In this document: in pieces, positions 1 through 11,780 of the stretch | How positions within the stretch are numbered: position 1 is the first letter of the stretch | How the letters are laid out: every line of letters starts with the position of its first letter | Assembly: GCF_018977255.1 (NCBI RefSeq) | Contig: NW_024704742.1 | Location: 27,158,001-27,222,000 of the forward strand | DNA length: 64,000 nucleotides | Reading direction: 5' to 3' | DNA from: Callorhinchus milii | Lineage: Eukaryota | Made by a program: the position numbers and the translations under genes | Notes under the pieces: generated by a model | The model's input: only the letters and a program-made list of their open reading frames with translations | The model's database searches: none | Told to the model about the DNA's origin: nothing

Positions 1-73
1 TGCTGACGTCATCCATATTTTGACCATCAGTATAGTTTAAACACGATTGTTTCTGAAAAATCTCCATCGACAT
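1..73 (-). CDS. Possible start of a coding exon running off the left edge (MSMEIFQKQSCLNYTDGQNMDDVS...)
   Basis: ATG at 73-71 follows an in-frame upstream stop and the frame is open to base 1. It contains an N-Y-T sequon, and a candidate acceptor (tttccccaag) lies near 212. Only 24 codons are visible, so this is weak. Confidence 0.2.
   Translation of the reverse strand, partial: MSMEIFQKQSCLNYTDGQNMDDVS
4..11. promoter_or_regulatory. Perfect CRE palindrome TGACGTCA
   Basis: Exact ATF/CREB consensus seen in the sequence. Function is not demonstrable from sequence. Confidence 0.25.
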
Positions 74-649
74 TCTCTTATCCAAATCCGCTCCATATTC
101 AAAACATTTTTACTTCTCTCCCAGCAGTGATTATTTTTAGTGAATGTTTTCATTATTTATTCTGATTATTCTGTCAATGACGGAACTGGTTGCCAATGAA
201 TAACTAACTGCCTTGGGGAAATATGTACGTCAAAATAAAGAGAATTTGCACATAGCAAATGTCAAATCTGAACGGTTGAATTGCTGTATTAAGTTTATTA
301 CTGGAACTCTGTGAACCATTGGTGTAACATTTAAAACACATTTAGGTCTTTTGTTAATGCAGTAATAAAATTCAATGAGCAGCATTAACATATACGCAAG
401 GATGGGTACAATATATTTCCAGGTTTATCCTGCTGACAATACTTACAATTTTAGCTAACTGTTTATGGGCTGTAATGTGCATATTTGGCTCAGTGAAGAG
501 GAAAGACAATATTTGTGGTCTTTGAATTAAATACAGTTGTGGTTCCTTGTGGTTTTGTGGTCACTTCGAGTAAGATGTGCCTCATTAAATGACAGCTAAG
601 CGTAGAATTTTATCCTCTTCGAGTTAAGATCCTTTGGTCACTCACATCA

Positions 650-970
650 AATAATAATAATAATTTGGTCACTCAATCCATGATTGTTTGTGGGACACTG
701 CTGTGTGCAATTGGCTGCCGCATTTCGCCCACAAAATATACAGTCAGTTCACTTTACAGTATATTCTGTGAAGTTCTTTGAGATGTCTCAACAATGTGAT
801 AAGGCGCTAATGCAAGGATTATTATTTACTATTTGTATTATACATGGTTGTTTGAGGTAAATTGCTGTGCACAAGTACACAGTCACTACACTTTACATTA
901 TATCCCATGAAGCGCTTTGAAACGTCCTCCTTGTGTGAAAGGCGTTACAGCAAATATAAGGATTATTATT
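650..970 (+). mobile_element. Two tandem 3' fragments of the Deu/L2-tailed SINE
   Basis: Core gctgtgtgcaattggctgccgc plus tail ...tgcaaggattattatt, then a second diverged tail. Confidence 0.8.
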
Positions 971-1248
971 ATATAATAAGATGGCTTTAAATGTTGTTGA
1001 GCATTTTGTCTGCCATTTTCAGGTAGGCTACATGTCGCATGTAACATGCAGAATCATAGATCACCATATATGGTTTTATGCTACCATTTATTACTTTGTA
1101 GCATGCTGTAGTTGTCCATAAAAGCATGCGATAAAGGAAAAATGTTACTCTTATATTATCAAGAATGCATATCAATCAGACTCTCCTAATAAAATAGAGA
1201 GTTACCACTGGTAATGGTTGGCAATGAGCTGTGGAAGTCGGATTTCAG

Positions 1249-1441
1249 TCATTCATAGGCTTGGACACTACGTGGGAAATACTTTCTAGGTATCTGGAAG
1301 CAACAGGTATCCTGAGCACCAGTCTGCAAAATCATAGCTAAATTCCTCCTCCTCATCAGACTGATCAGCTCTGTGGATTGAACCTGTTGGCACTTCTGAC
1401 TCTCGATTTTTCTTTCTTTTTCCATTAATTTTTTTCTCTGC
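1249..1441 (-). other. Candidate exon 3 of a minus-strand transcript
   Basis: Strong acceptor ctgcgtttttattttacag|G at 1442/1441. Two frames are open for more than 50 codons. A possible donor G|GTAACT lies near 1205. Confidence 0.4.
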
Positions 1442-1821
1442 CTGTAAAATAAAAACGCAGACACAGGGCAAAGTAGAGAGATCCCTGCACCAGCACAGTT
1501 ACAGTAGATAATTGTGATAAATGAAGCGAACGATCCATCAGGATGAAAGGCAGAAAGCAAAATCTTTATTATTAACTCCAGCTTGGCAATTCCTTTTCTA
1601 AACTGAAGGAGGATGATATATGGTGCAATCTAAGGCGCTCTGAATGATTAGGGCTTGGGGACGTATAAAACACCTTTCACAACTTTGCTACTTATGTTTT
1701 CACTGACAGCTACTTTCCTGTGGGAGGTACGTCCAAGAGGGACATTGACAAACTATCAATCTCTTGACTACACGAGTAGCCAATACTATAACATTTGTAA
1801 TGTACCTGTTTTTACTCTCAC

Positions 1822-1960
1822 CTAATCTCGTTTAAATTTCCAAATACTATGTTTCCCTTTAGCAGCCTGAGTTGAAGTAACCTCCACAATGCTACCAACC
1901 CACCTTTAGCCAGATAGATGACTTTCAAAGCAGATTGTGACCTCCTTCCTCCAGTGCGCA
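1822..1960 (-). other. Candidate exon 2 (139 nt) of a minus-strand transcript
   Basis: Acceptor ttttactgtattttttgaag| and donor AG|GTGAGA. Only one frame is open through it. Confidence 0.35.
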
Positions 1961-2199
1961 CTTCAAAAAATACAGTAAAACTCGCAGAAATCTTATCTTT
2001 ATAAATCGTATAATCGCCCAAGTCGTACATTCACCTGAGGCCCGTTCAGTTTCCTATCAAAATCACTTAGGTTTTTTTGCACTAGTCGTTTTATTCATCA
2101 CCTTTGTTGGAACTCTGTTCCCCTATTCTCTATTACTCCTCCACTTACCGGCTGCATTGAATCGCAGGAAATGTTGTCCTGACCCATCGATGCACTCAC

Positions 2200-2400
2200 C
2201 CTTATCGTTGAATTGTGAGAAACATCGTCTTGATCTGTCGCTGTGTGCGCGGAAGAACTTCATTTCCCACAATTCGATGCAACTCCAACGCTTTTGGTAA
2301 GTGTGCGCCCAGCGAGGGGTCAAGACACATTGAATAGCTGGAATCGTAGACTTGACCCGTCACCCCATGCCCACTTACTGGCTGCAGTGAATTAGGCATT
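2200..2400 (-). other. Candidate first exon of a minus-strand transcript (5' boundary uncertain)
   Basis: CpG-richer than flanks, with donor AAGG|GTGAGT at 2200/2199. Additional GTAAGT donors lie near 2148 and 2378. Confidence 0.35.
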
Positions 2401-2424
2401 CGCAGTGTAGATTATTGATTAAAT

Positions 2425-2565
2425 CGGATTTTATATGACTTATGCAAGCTCGCGTGAAACTTCACATAACTCATATTAAATATTATGGTCCCGACTGATA
2501 CGATTTATGTGAGTTTTACTGTATTTCATTGATCGATCACTCTCCTAGTGCAAGATGGCAAGCCT
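2425..2565. promoter_or_regulatory. Putative promoter with D-box/PAR-bZIP-like motifs, a CGCGTG box and a YY1-like CAAGATGGC
   Basis: TTATATGA 2431, TTATGCAA 2440, CGCGTG 2451, TCACATAA 2462, TTATGTGA 2505, CAAGATGGC 2551. Lies directly upstream of the minus-strand donor cluster. Confidence 0.3.
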
Positions 2566-3539
2566 CTCATGTCTGTGAAGTGCTGAGCCCATTTCCAGGT
2601 TAAACGCAGTGGTGAAGAGACTGGAGTGTTAGCCTCGCTGGAAATTTGTGGAAGAAATACGTACAGGGTGGTGTTGTGAGACTTTTTATCTCTTTTGTGT
2701 CCCTTTGTTCTGCTGGTGGATATTGATAGCCTCTAAACTCTGTTATTAATGTACAAGATGTTCGTGTGTGAGGATCAGAAACTGTGCTGTTATTCTGTAT
2801 GTTTGTCGATTGATGAACAGCTATTGGTGACCTAGGAACAGAAGTCACTGTGTGGTTTGGGGTTGAATGGCTGATAGGCATTGGAAGAATCACACTGTAA
2901 GCAATTCTAGAGCTATAATTAAGAAGCCCTTTTATACGCCATTCAGATTCTTAAAAGAGAGAGTCTCTAATTTTAATTGACTTTTCCATATCTACACTGT
3001 ACAAAATTAAGTGTTAAAGACTTAAATGTGTGCTCCAATTGTTCTAATTGTGCACGTATGTGAGGTTACTACTTGAATCATGAGGTTAACTCTGTCTGTC
3101 CTGCGTCTTGGGATGTCCTCCTGCTGTGAAAGGCACTATACAAATGTAATTTTATTCTTGTTGCTGTTAACAACCTCATGCGTGCCCACAAGTAGATTCA
3201 CATTCCGAGAAACCATTGTGTGCTCCGCTCTGAAAAAATATTGATTAATTTGAACCCTTTTTTATATCCAATTCAGGAGAAATTTTTTTTTACTGATTGA
3301 CTTTCACCATAAAAAGTGGGTATCGAAATTGGGAATGAACGATTTTAATGGTCCTTAGAGTCTCAGCAAATACTGAAAGTAAGACAGACTCTTATTCTGT
3401 CATATTCTTTGAAACAAAGCCGCATATCTGGCGAGGCGAGTGCTTTAACCACTAAGCTACAGGAATCCTATGTATTAGAGTATTAGTTAATGCTCAAATG
3501 ATATAACGATTTATATTCATATACATTGGACCCTTCACA

Positions 3540-4150
3540 CAAAAGCCAACAGGATACTGGGCTGCATTGTCGCATTAATTTGAGTCCAAAACCACTAGAA
3601 GCTCAAATCGCACAGTGCTGGCTGTGGTTCAGCAACACCTGGAATACTGTGTACATTCTGGTTGATGGAATACAAGGAGCCTTAGTGGTAGTCCAGTAGA
3701 GAGGAATAAGGCTGATTTCTAGTGTAAGAGAATCAACCAATGATGAACAACCAGATAAACACGGGCTAATCAGCTTGAAAGTGAGACAAAACACAAAATA
3801 CTGCAGATGCTGGAAATCTGAAACAAAAAACAATTTTTGAAAATGAGACATCTCATTGGGGACTGTATAGAGGTGCATAAGGTGCTAAGTGGAATAGAGA
3901 GAGTGAACTTTTGAAGAATAGTTTCAGGTACACTGAGGAGACAGGGCTTAGAGGGCACAGGTTCTAGATTGTGAAGGACATTTCAGGAAGTGATTACATA
4001 GACATCGTCAAAAAGATGGAACGGATTACCAGTAAGGATGGTTGATGCCAGGAATGCAGCTTGATGTTGTAATGGGAAGAACAGCAGGCTTGGTATTTTA
4101 GAAAGAATTGATTCAGTGGGTCGAAGGACCTTCTTGATCCAAACTTCTCT
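3540..4150 (+). mobile_element. Old CR1 LINE 3' fragment
   Basis: Decayed CR1 RT C-terminal sequence (ggatactgggctgcatt...cacctggaatactgtgtacattctgg...agggcacaggtt). Confidence 0.6.
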
Positions 4151-4930
4151 TGTGAATGTCTTGGGATCTAGCCTTTACTCTTGACTGCGAATCATTAGTC
4201 TTCTAATCTAAGGAGTACAGTGCAGAGAGCGGTTGCTTGGTAATTCAATCATAAAAGTGCACTTTTTTTGCTAAGGGTAAATGCATTAAGTCCATATTCA
4301 GCAGTTTGTTATCAGAGTCCTATTAAATTGCAAGTGAGACTTCTCTTGAGTCACAATAGTTTTTATGCTGATTGAACACCATTAAGAAAATTAGCAGAGA
4401 GTGCAAATTTACATCCAAATTGCTGAGAGTGACAAATTGTGTTGTTTGATATGATCTTTAAAGTAATTATTAGAGATGGATCTAATCAACTGATGCAAAG
4501 CATTTCTTTTTGATTCGAATTATAGAGGTAGTTGTACCATCATTGCTGACATTATTTGTCATAATGCTGTAGGGAGTAGGCGGACTTTAGCCTGAAAATT
4601 TGTTGGCAGAAAATAATAATCAGCTGCTACACAAATATATTTATGATGATAAAAGTACAACAGATGTTGTGAATCTCCCAGAAACTCTCGGCTTTCAGTC
4701 ACCTGCGAGATTGTTGCAAAGTTCCACGTTGTAGATGAAATCATAACGCAGAAACCCTATGAAGCAGGGAGCAGTCATCGGACATGAAAGCGACAACAGC
4801 AGTTCATTCTGAGCAGCTAAACCAGAGCACAGACAAATGATCATTGTCTTCTAGATAAAGAGAGACAGATCTGTGGAGGATCCATACTGTGCTGACGGGA
4901 CCTTCTGCTGTTCAGCAGTCCTGCCGCTTG

Positions 4931-5290
4931 TTATAATAACAATCCTCGCATTTGAAATAACGCCTTATCACGTCTTCGAGATGTATCAAAGCGATTCACA
5001 GAATATACTGTAAAGTGGATTGACTGTATATTTTGTGGGCGAAACGCAGCAGCCAATTGTGCACAGCAGCGTCCCATAAATAGTCGTGGATTGAGTGACC
5101 AATTTATTTTTTTGAAGATATTATTACCCCCGGAAAAGCGATCTGTCAATCGACTAACAAGCGGGTTCCTACTCACTGCTAGCTAAACAGAGGCATGTGG
5201 AGTAAGGAAACTGGCACAAAGTTTCGCCCTGCCGGGTATAAAACCCAGGTCGCTCACTTGCGAGGCGAGTGCTCTAACCACTGAGCTACA
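4931..5290 (-). mobile_element. Full-length tRNA-derived DeuSINE, long subfamily
   Basis: tRNA head with A/B boxes, central aggaacccg...gatcgcttttccgggg segment, Deu core and L2 tail with (ATT)n. Confidence 0.9.
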
Positions 5291-5850
5291 CTCATTGTTT
5301 TTTTGGGACATGAAGATAGACTGAGCCGTTGTTTCCTCCTGAGGTTCTAGTATAGTGGCAGTTACCTGCTTGAGTTTTGTGGAGGTGTTGGACACATCTG
5401 GAAATCCTTGCTGGAAGGTACACATCTGGATGAGAACAGGACCAGACCCTGCTGTGATGCCATCCGCAGCCAGATTGCTTTGCCAACATTCACCAACACG
5501 GCTGCCCCATCAAAACTAGGATGAGGATGGTCAGGAGGCTTAGTGTCTGTCGAACTGTACCCAATCAGAAGGAAATAAAAAATCATTACAAGATCATCAT
5601 TCTTAAACTTGGTATATTGCCTTTCATGTTTGGAGGACTTCTCAAAGTGCTGCACAGGATTTCCTATAAAGTTAGTGGTGTAGTGACTGTATTTTGCAGG
5701 CAAAAAAGGAGTGAAAGCACCTTCGAGAGTGCGTAAGAGGAAAGGTGAAGTTGACAGATCCTTCAGCAGCTTCAGAGATGGTGTCCTTGTCTCATTTCAG
5801 TTTGTGATTCTTTTGTGACTTGTGTTTTAGGTACTGTTTAATTCTACTAC

Positions 5851-6200
5851 TAATAATCCTTGCATTTGATAAAGCATCATATTATGTCATTGACACGTCT
5901 CAAAGAGCTTCACTGAATGTATTATAACGTGGATTGATTGTATATTTTGTGGGCGAAATGCAGCAGCCAATGCACACTTCTGTGTCCCACCAACAGTCGT
6001 GGATTGAGTGACAACATTTTTTCTTGGAGGGATTATTACCCCCAGAAAGCGATCTGCCAATCGACTAGCATCGGGTTCCTATTTATTGCTAGGCAAACAG
6101 AGGGGTGTGAAGTATGGAAACTTGCTTAAGATTTTGGAATCAAACCCGGGTCCTATCGTTTGCGAGTCGAGTGTGCTAACCGCTACTCTGCGGGACTCCA
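5851..6200 (-). mobile_element. Full-length DeuSINE, long subfamily (diverged)
   Basis: Same modular structure as 4931-5290. Confidence 0.85.
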
Positions 6201-6915
6201 CAATAATTGTGGAGTATTTGTTATCCAGGTATTATTTTCAAGTTTCTATTATGTTTCACTTTGCTGATCATTTGAGATTGCAAGTACATTTTCACAATTT
6301 GTATTAGATTCCTACCTGCCTTGAATACCTCTTCACTTTCAAATGATATTATTTGACGTTTTACCCTGATCCTGAGGATGTGACAAGTTTGCTTGTATTC
6401 CAAATAATGGTTCTACGTGATCTAGAATTCCATCACTGGAAGAAAATGTTCGACTTTGTTAGAACAGGGTATGTTGTGTCCTCACACACCCTTTTTCAGA
6501 TCTTCTTTTAGCAGTGCTGTAAGCTGTATCATTTGCGCAGGTCAAGTGGTTCATTTGCACAATGTGTCAATAATTTGATCAGATGGCTTAAATTTCCACC
6601 AACAGTGTGACAGAAACCAGGGCAGCAGAACGTGGGTGTTATGAGTTCAGTGTAAACTAAGCAGAGTCGACACTGCAAGACTATCATTAGTAGTTAATGA
6701 TATGATATGTCTGGCAGTCTGAAAATAAAATTTCTCTTCTCAGATCTCCTTGTTGAATTGGTTGAATACGGTAACCGCTTCGGATATAGGCAGAATTAAA
6801 GTGGTTGCAAAAATCGATGCAAGTGAGAGAGAGAGAAAAGAAATCAAATACAAATGACTGTTCCTAAAGGTGCTCATTTAACTATTATTAACTCGATCTG
6901 ATATGTTACAATATA

Positions 6916-7285
6916 TGGAGTCCCGTAGCATAATGGTTAGCGTGCTCGCCTCACAAGCGAGAGGACAAGGGTTCGATTCCCGGGCAAGGCAAAACCTTAG
7001 GCAAGTTTCCTTATTCCACACATCTCGTTCACATAGCAGTAAGTAGGAACCCGGTTGTTAGTTGATTGGTAAATCGCTTTTCTGGAGGTAATTAGCCCTC
7101 CCAAAAAATAAAAGTTTGGTCACTCAATCCACGACTGTTTGTGGAACACTGCTGTGTACAATTATCTGTCATGTTTTGCCCACAAAATACACAGTCAATT
7201 CACTTTTCAATTTATCCTGCGAAGTGCTTTGAGATGTCTCAATGATGTAATAAGGCGCTATTCTCAAATGCAAGAGTTATTAATA
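6916..7285 (+). mobile_element. Full-length DeuSINE, long subfamily
   Basis: Head ggagtcccgtagcataatggttagc...ggttcgattcc, Deu core and L2 tail. Confidence 0.85.
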
Positions 7286-9134
7286 TTGTTTTTCCGCTAG
7301 TGTGAGTAGGGACAGTTAAACTGCCTAAACGTTTTGAATGGAATGGGCACTTTTCAGAATTCAGACAGAATCCCAGCAACATTTACAAGATGTAATTTTG
7401 AGTTACCCACTGCCCAGCTCCACTGGGGCTGCTTTAATCTGGGTATCAGGATACGTTTGACATATGACATTGCTGCTTGTCCACAGCATTTCTCTGACCT
7501 CAGGCAATATCTAGGGACTTGGTTGTTGGATTGTAGAAGACTGGCTCCAGTTGCAGATCACATAACAGTGCCTGCACATAACAGATCACATAACGTGCTC
7601 TAAATAATGTATCCTACCTGAGACCATTTCAGAAGGAATATTGTACTAGACTAATCAAAACATATTTGGCTAGGATGTTGAAGGAGATGTGATGGCATCC
7701 AAATCATAGAATTACAGTGTAGAAGAAGGGCCCATTGATCTATGTGGTACCAGCTGCTCCACTGAAGTTATCCACTCAAAGAACAAGTCTCTGGTTATTC
7801 CTATACTTTGTAATTGTATTTCTATTTAGCTACTTATCCAATTACCTTTTAAATGCTTTCAGCTTAGCTTCAATTGCCACTAGTGTCAAAGTAGTCCGCC
7901 CAATAACACTCTGTGTGAAAAAAAAGTCTGTCCTTCTAAATAGCCTGTTTCTGTGTGATAAACCTTTCTGTGATGTTGCCCTTTAATTCTTTCAGTGATA
8001 ATCCTACATTTATATGATAAGCCCTTTTTTACTTATAAAATTGTTTGGTCACTTCACAGCTGTTTGTGAGAAATTGCTGTGCGGAAACAGCTGCCATGTT
8101 CGCCTACAAAATGCACAGTCACTATACTTTACAATAAATCATGTGAAGTGCTTTGAGGCATCCACCTGACATGAAAGGCAATGATTATTAATAATATTAT
8201 CAACCAACCAGTAGGCAGTTACAACCAGGCTCAAGTTGGGTGATTAAACCACTATTTTAGTATCTACTCTTTTTTATTTAACAGAACCAAATTCAAAGAA
8301 CAGCATGCATTACATTTAAAATGGACCTCAATAAAAAAGGCAATCAACTGAGTATGAGGGGAAAAGGGAGCTCAGTTAATGCTGAGTGAGGAGGGAGTTG
8401 AGACAAGTTGCGGAGTGCAATTCATAGTTTAAAAATCCTGACAGCGAGGAGGCACATGTTACATACATAACCCTACAATTACAGTCACTACACTTTACAG
8501 GATGTCCCGTGAAGTGGTTTGAGACATTTTTCCGATGTGAAAGATGCAATATCTGGTGTAAAGATTATTATACTGTGTATTAATTCGTCTCAAGTATGTT
8601 TCCTACCATGTGCTGTTTTCACCATTTTTAGTTATGCCTTCTACCAGAGAGAGACACCAGCTTTCTCTGCAACCATTATAAGGAGGAACTAGGATCCTTC
8701 CAAGAATATGCTGTCCATTAATAATTAATAGATATGAATTGAAAAATAAAGTGTAATCCTGTAATCCAACCAGTTAGCAAATCTACCTTTTGAACATCTG
8801 CTAAATGCTTTTACTGTATTCCCAACTGCTATAGATATAGAGGAATTAGCTCTGGGCTGATGATACAAAAAGGCAATGTTTTACAGTGTTAACTTCATTC
8901 ACATTGTGCTGAGCTGCCAACAGGTTTACAGAAATGAGTGCTTGTACTGACTGATTCTATGAGTTTTAGCTCCGGTCCTGCAACACTGAAGTGTTCCCAT
9001 TAATATTACAAACTTACAGCCTCTCAGATTCATCAGCTTTGTTCCTGGAATACGGATACTAACCTACGCAAATAAAAAAACTAAAATAAGATACAAAGAT
9101 ACAATTGGAAATAGAAACAAACTTTTCTAAGAAA

Positions 9135-9528
9135 GCATGGCTCAGTTGGTAGCACTCTCGCCTATGAGACAGAAGGTTGTTTAGGTTTTAGTCCCATAGT
9201 AGTATGTCTGGTGGGGGAAAGTTGCATTGTCAGGGGTGCAGATGAAATGTAAAACTGAGGTCTCCCTGCCTGTCCATGTGGACGTTAAAGATTCCACGGC
9301 ACTATTCAAAAAGAGAAGGAAGCTTCTCCTAGTGGGCAGGTCACAGTGCCCCCCCCAAAAACATTGTTATTCACTTCATGGCTTTTTGTAGGATGTTACT
9401 GCACTCAAATTGGCTGTCATGTTCAACCACAAAATGTATAGTCACTACACTTTGCAGTAAATCCTGTGAAGTGCTTTGAGAGTCCTTCAATGTGAAAGGA
9501 GCTATATCAAATGTAAGGATTATTATTA
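9135..9528 (+). mobile_element. Older tRNA-derived DeuSINE
   Basis: Head tggctcagttggtagcactctcgcc, body ...ggcactattcaaaaagagaaggaag..., L2 tail. Confidence 0.75.
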
Positions 9529-9555
9529 CACTTATTCCTACCTAACGACCTATCA

Positions 9556-9843
9556 TAATAATAATGATAAGAATAATCCTTGCATTTGATATAGTGCCTT
9601 ACCATGTCATTGAGACATCTCAAAGTGCTTCAAAGGATGTAAAGTGAATTGACTGTGTAATTTGTGGGCAAACATGGCAGCCAATTGCACACAGCAATGT
9701 TCCACATGGAGTGAGTGACCAATTTTATTTGGGGGATTGTTGGCCAGGAAACTAGGAGAAACTCCCTTCTCTTTTCGAATAGTGCCCTGGGATCTTTAAT
9801 GTCCACCTGAACAGGCAGATGGATCCATGGTTTAATGTCTCAT
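9556..9843 (-). mobile_element. Older DeuSINE, 5'-truncated
   Basis: Reverse complement of the tail, core and body of the preceding family. Confidence 0.75.
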
Positions 9844-11602
9844 ACTTCTGTTAAGTTTCTCAAATAATTTATTTTGGAAGTGCAAATGTTTATAAAGTGT
9901 CACACCATTGGGATATCGAAAATGCAAGCATTCCCTTCATTCAGTTTCAAATTTCCAATCCCATTCCATATCCAATGGGCACAATCACAGGGTAAACCAT
10001 CCTATTTTTTAAATTGGTTGCTGGCCAGTTTTACACCAATGAAAAGGTGACGGACTGAAGATTGATACAGGTACATAACAGATGCCAATTGTTCAATCTT
10101 TGATGTGAAAGTCATGTCAAACCAGTAAGTGTGAGGTGTGAAGAACTAAACATTACTGTTGCTCGTAGGATTAATTTATCTAATTTTATATTATGCAAAT
10201 TTGCTGGATTCATAAGGAATGAACCATGACCCACAAAGATACTTTCTTAGTATGCTGATGGCGATAAATGTAATAGGAATGTAGGAAATAGCCCTGGAGT
10301 TCCTGCTCCAACTAAATATGACTTTATACACTGGTTATAGATTACAATGAAAGGAAAATATCATTATTAAGGCAGTCTGCTCATCCCACGTAAGCCATGG
10401 GCCAGCACTGTTAGAATGGTAAATTGCTATCTCTTAAGGGACTTCAGTGGAAATGTCAAAACCGAATTAATGATCTTAAACATTCGTCAAGTTGTAATTG
10501 GAACACAACAGAAAGATCAAAGTTACACCATCTGACTACTGAAGGCCCCCAAGAAAGTTACTGACAAGGCCAGAGAAAGAGATTGCGAGAATATTACTGG
10601 TGAGGTGTTCTAGCAACCCACTGAGATGCCTCTGGAGTCCGGTAAGTGTTAGATTAATTTCAATGCTATTTATAACCCCAAATATATATAAAATGTACTT
10701 ATCAATATAGTACTTCTGAATAATTTCTGTGTCATTTAACGCTAATGATGTACTTATTAAATGCACTTCTTAATACCTTTAAAAAATTTATTACACCTTA
10801 TATTGTAACGTATCAAAGATCATGAAACTCTTCAGCTACATAATGTCCTTTATCCTTCCTCTCTTTTTGGCATGAAATTAATTGAATTTATTTTTTCTGT
10901 TTTCCACTATAGCTTTAATTCAGATACATTGAAACTCAGTGAAGCCTTTTAAAAGTCAATTAGCTTTTGTTGTTGGATCCTCTGCAGAATCTTTCTGGAT
11001 TAAGGAACTCAAATTAGAGTTCATTTACACTTGCCACAAATTGCTATACAGTGCATGCTGGTCCAAATTTGCTGAGAATTATCCTCAATTTTGTAAGCCA
11101 GATCTTAAAGATGTTTATCAAAAGAATAAATTCACAGAATTTAATGCTTAATTACTTAGAATAAAGCAAGAACTATTAACATCGCTCTTCATTTTTGATG
11201 CTGTTTTTCTTTGGCAGTTTTATTTCCAATACAGAGTAAAAAGCAACTAAATTGTAAGACTTTGCAGACAAGCACTTATTATTCAGGATTTACCTGCGAT
11301 GTCAGGCTCGGGAAACATGTGAAATATAAAACCTAGAAACCCTATATAATGATGCAAACGATTTATGGAAAAAACACAAGAATACATTCACTCATCTCGA
11401 CTATTTACCAACTACTTTTGAATAAACATTTTAACTTTCAGCAAGTGTTTGTCTGATGTCTTCTTTTCCTTCTCCATCCTATTAATTCATTCTGGCTATA
11501 AGTACAGTTTGGAAACTGTAACAGGATAGCTCTTTCTATCCGAGTCTGATCATTTCTCTCACATGCAGAGTTCTACATTTTACTGCCTATGTCCCTGTCT
11601 TT

Positions 11603-11780
11603 AATAATAATAATAATCCTTGCATTTGATATAGCGCATTATCACGTCTTCAAGACGCCTCAAAGCGCTTCACAGAATATACTGTAAAGTGAATTGACTG
11701 TATATTTTGTGGGCGAAACGCGACAGCCAATTGTGCACAGCAGTGTTCCACAAACAGTCGTGGATTGAGTGACCAAATTA
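11603..11780 (-). mobile_element. DeuSINE 3' half
   Basis: Near-consensus tail and core. Confidence 0.85.

Noticed and set aside
4600..5780. Coding-looking sequence around the SINE, possibly a decayed Harbinger transposase
   Set aside because: Stops in all frames and motif matches too faint to support a call.
10511..10641. Plus-strand segment ending ATGCCTCTGGAGTCCG|GTAAGT
   Set aside because: Strong donor, but stops in all frames upstream and no in-frame continuation found at the next acceptors.
11294..11332. 39-nt minus-strand AG..GT segment; similar candidates at 22171-22235 (-), 6744-6770 (+) and 41993-42043 (+)
   Set aside because: Splice-like pairs of this quality are expected by chance in 64 kb, and the peptides are unrecognised.
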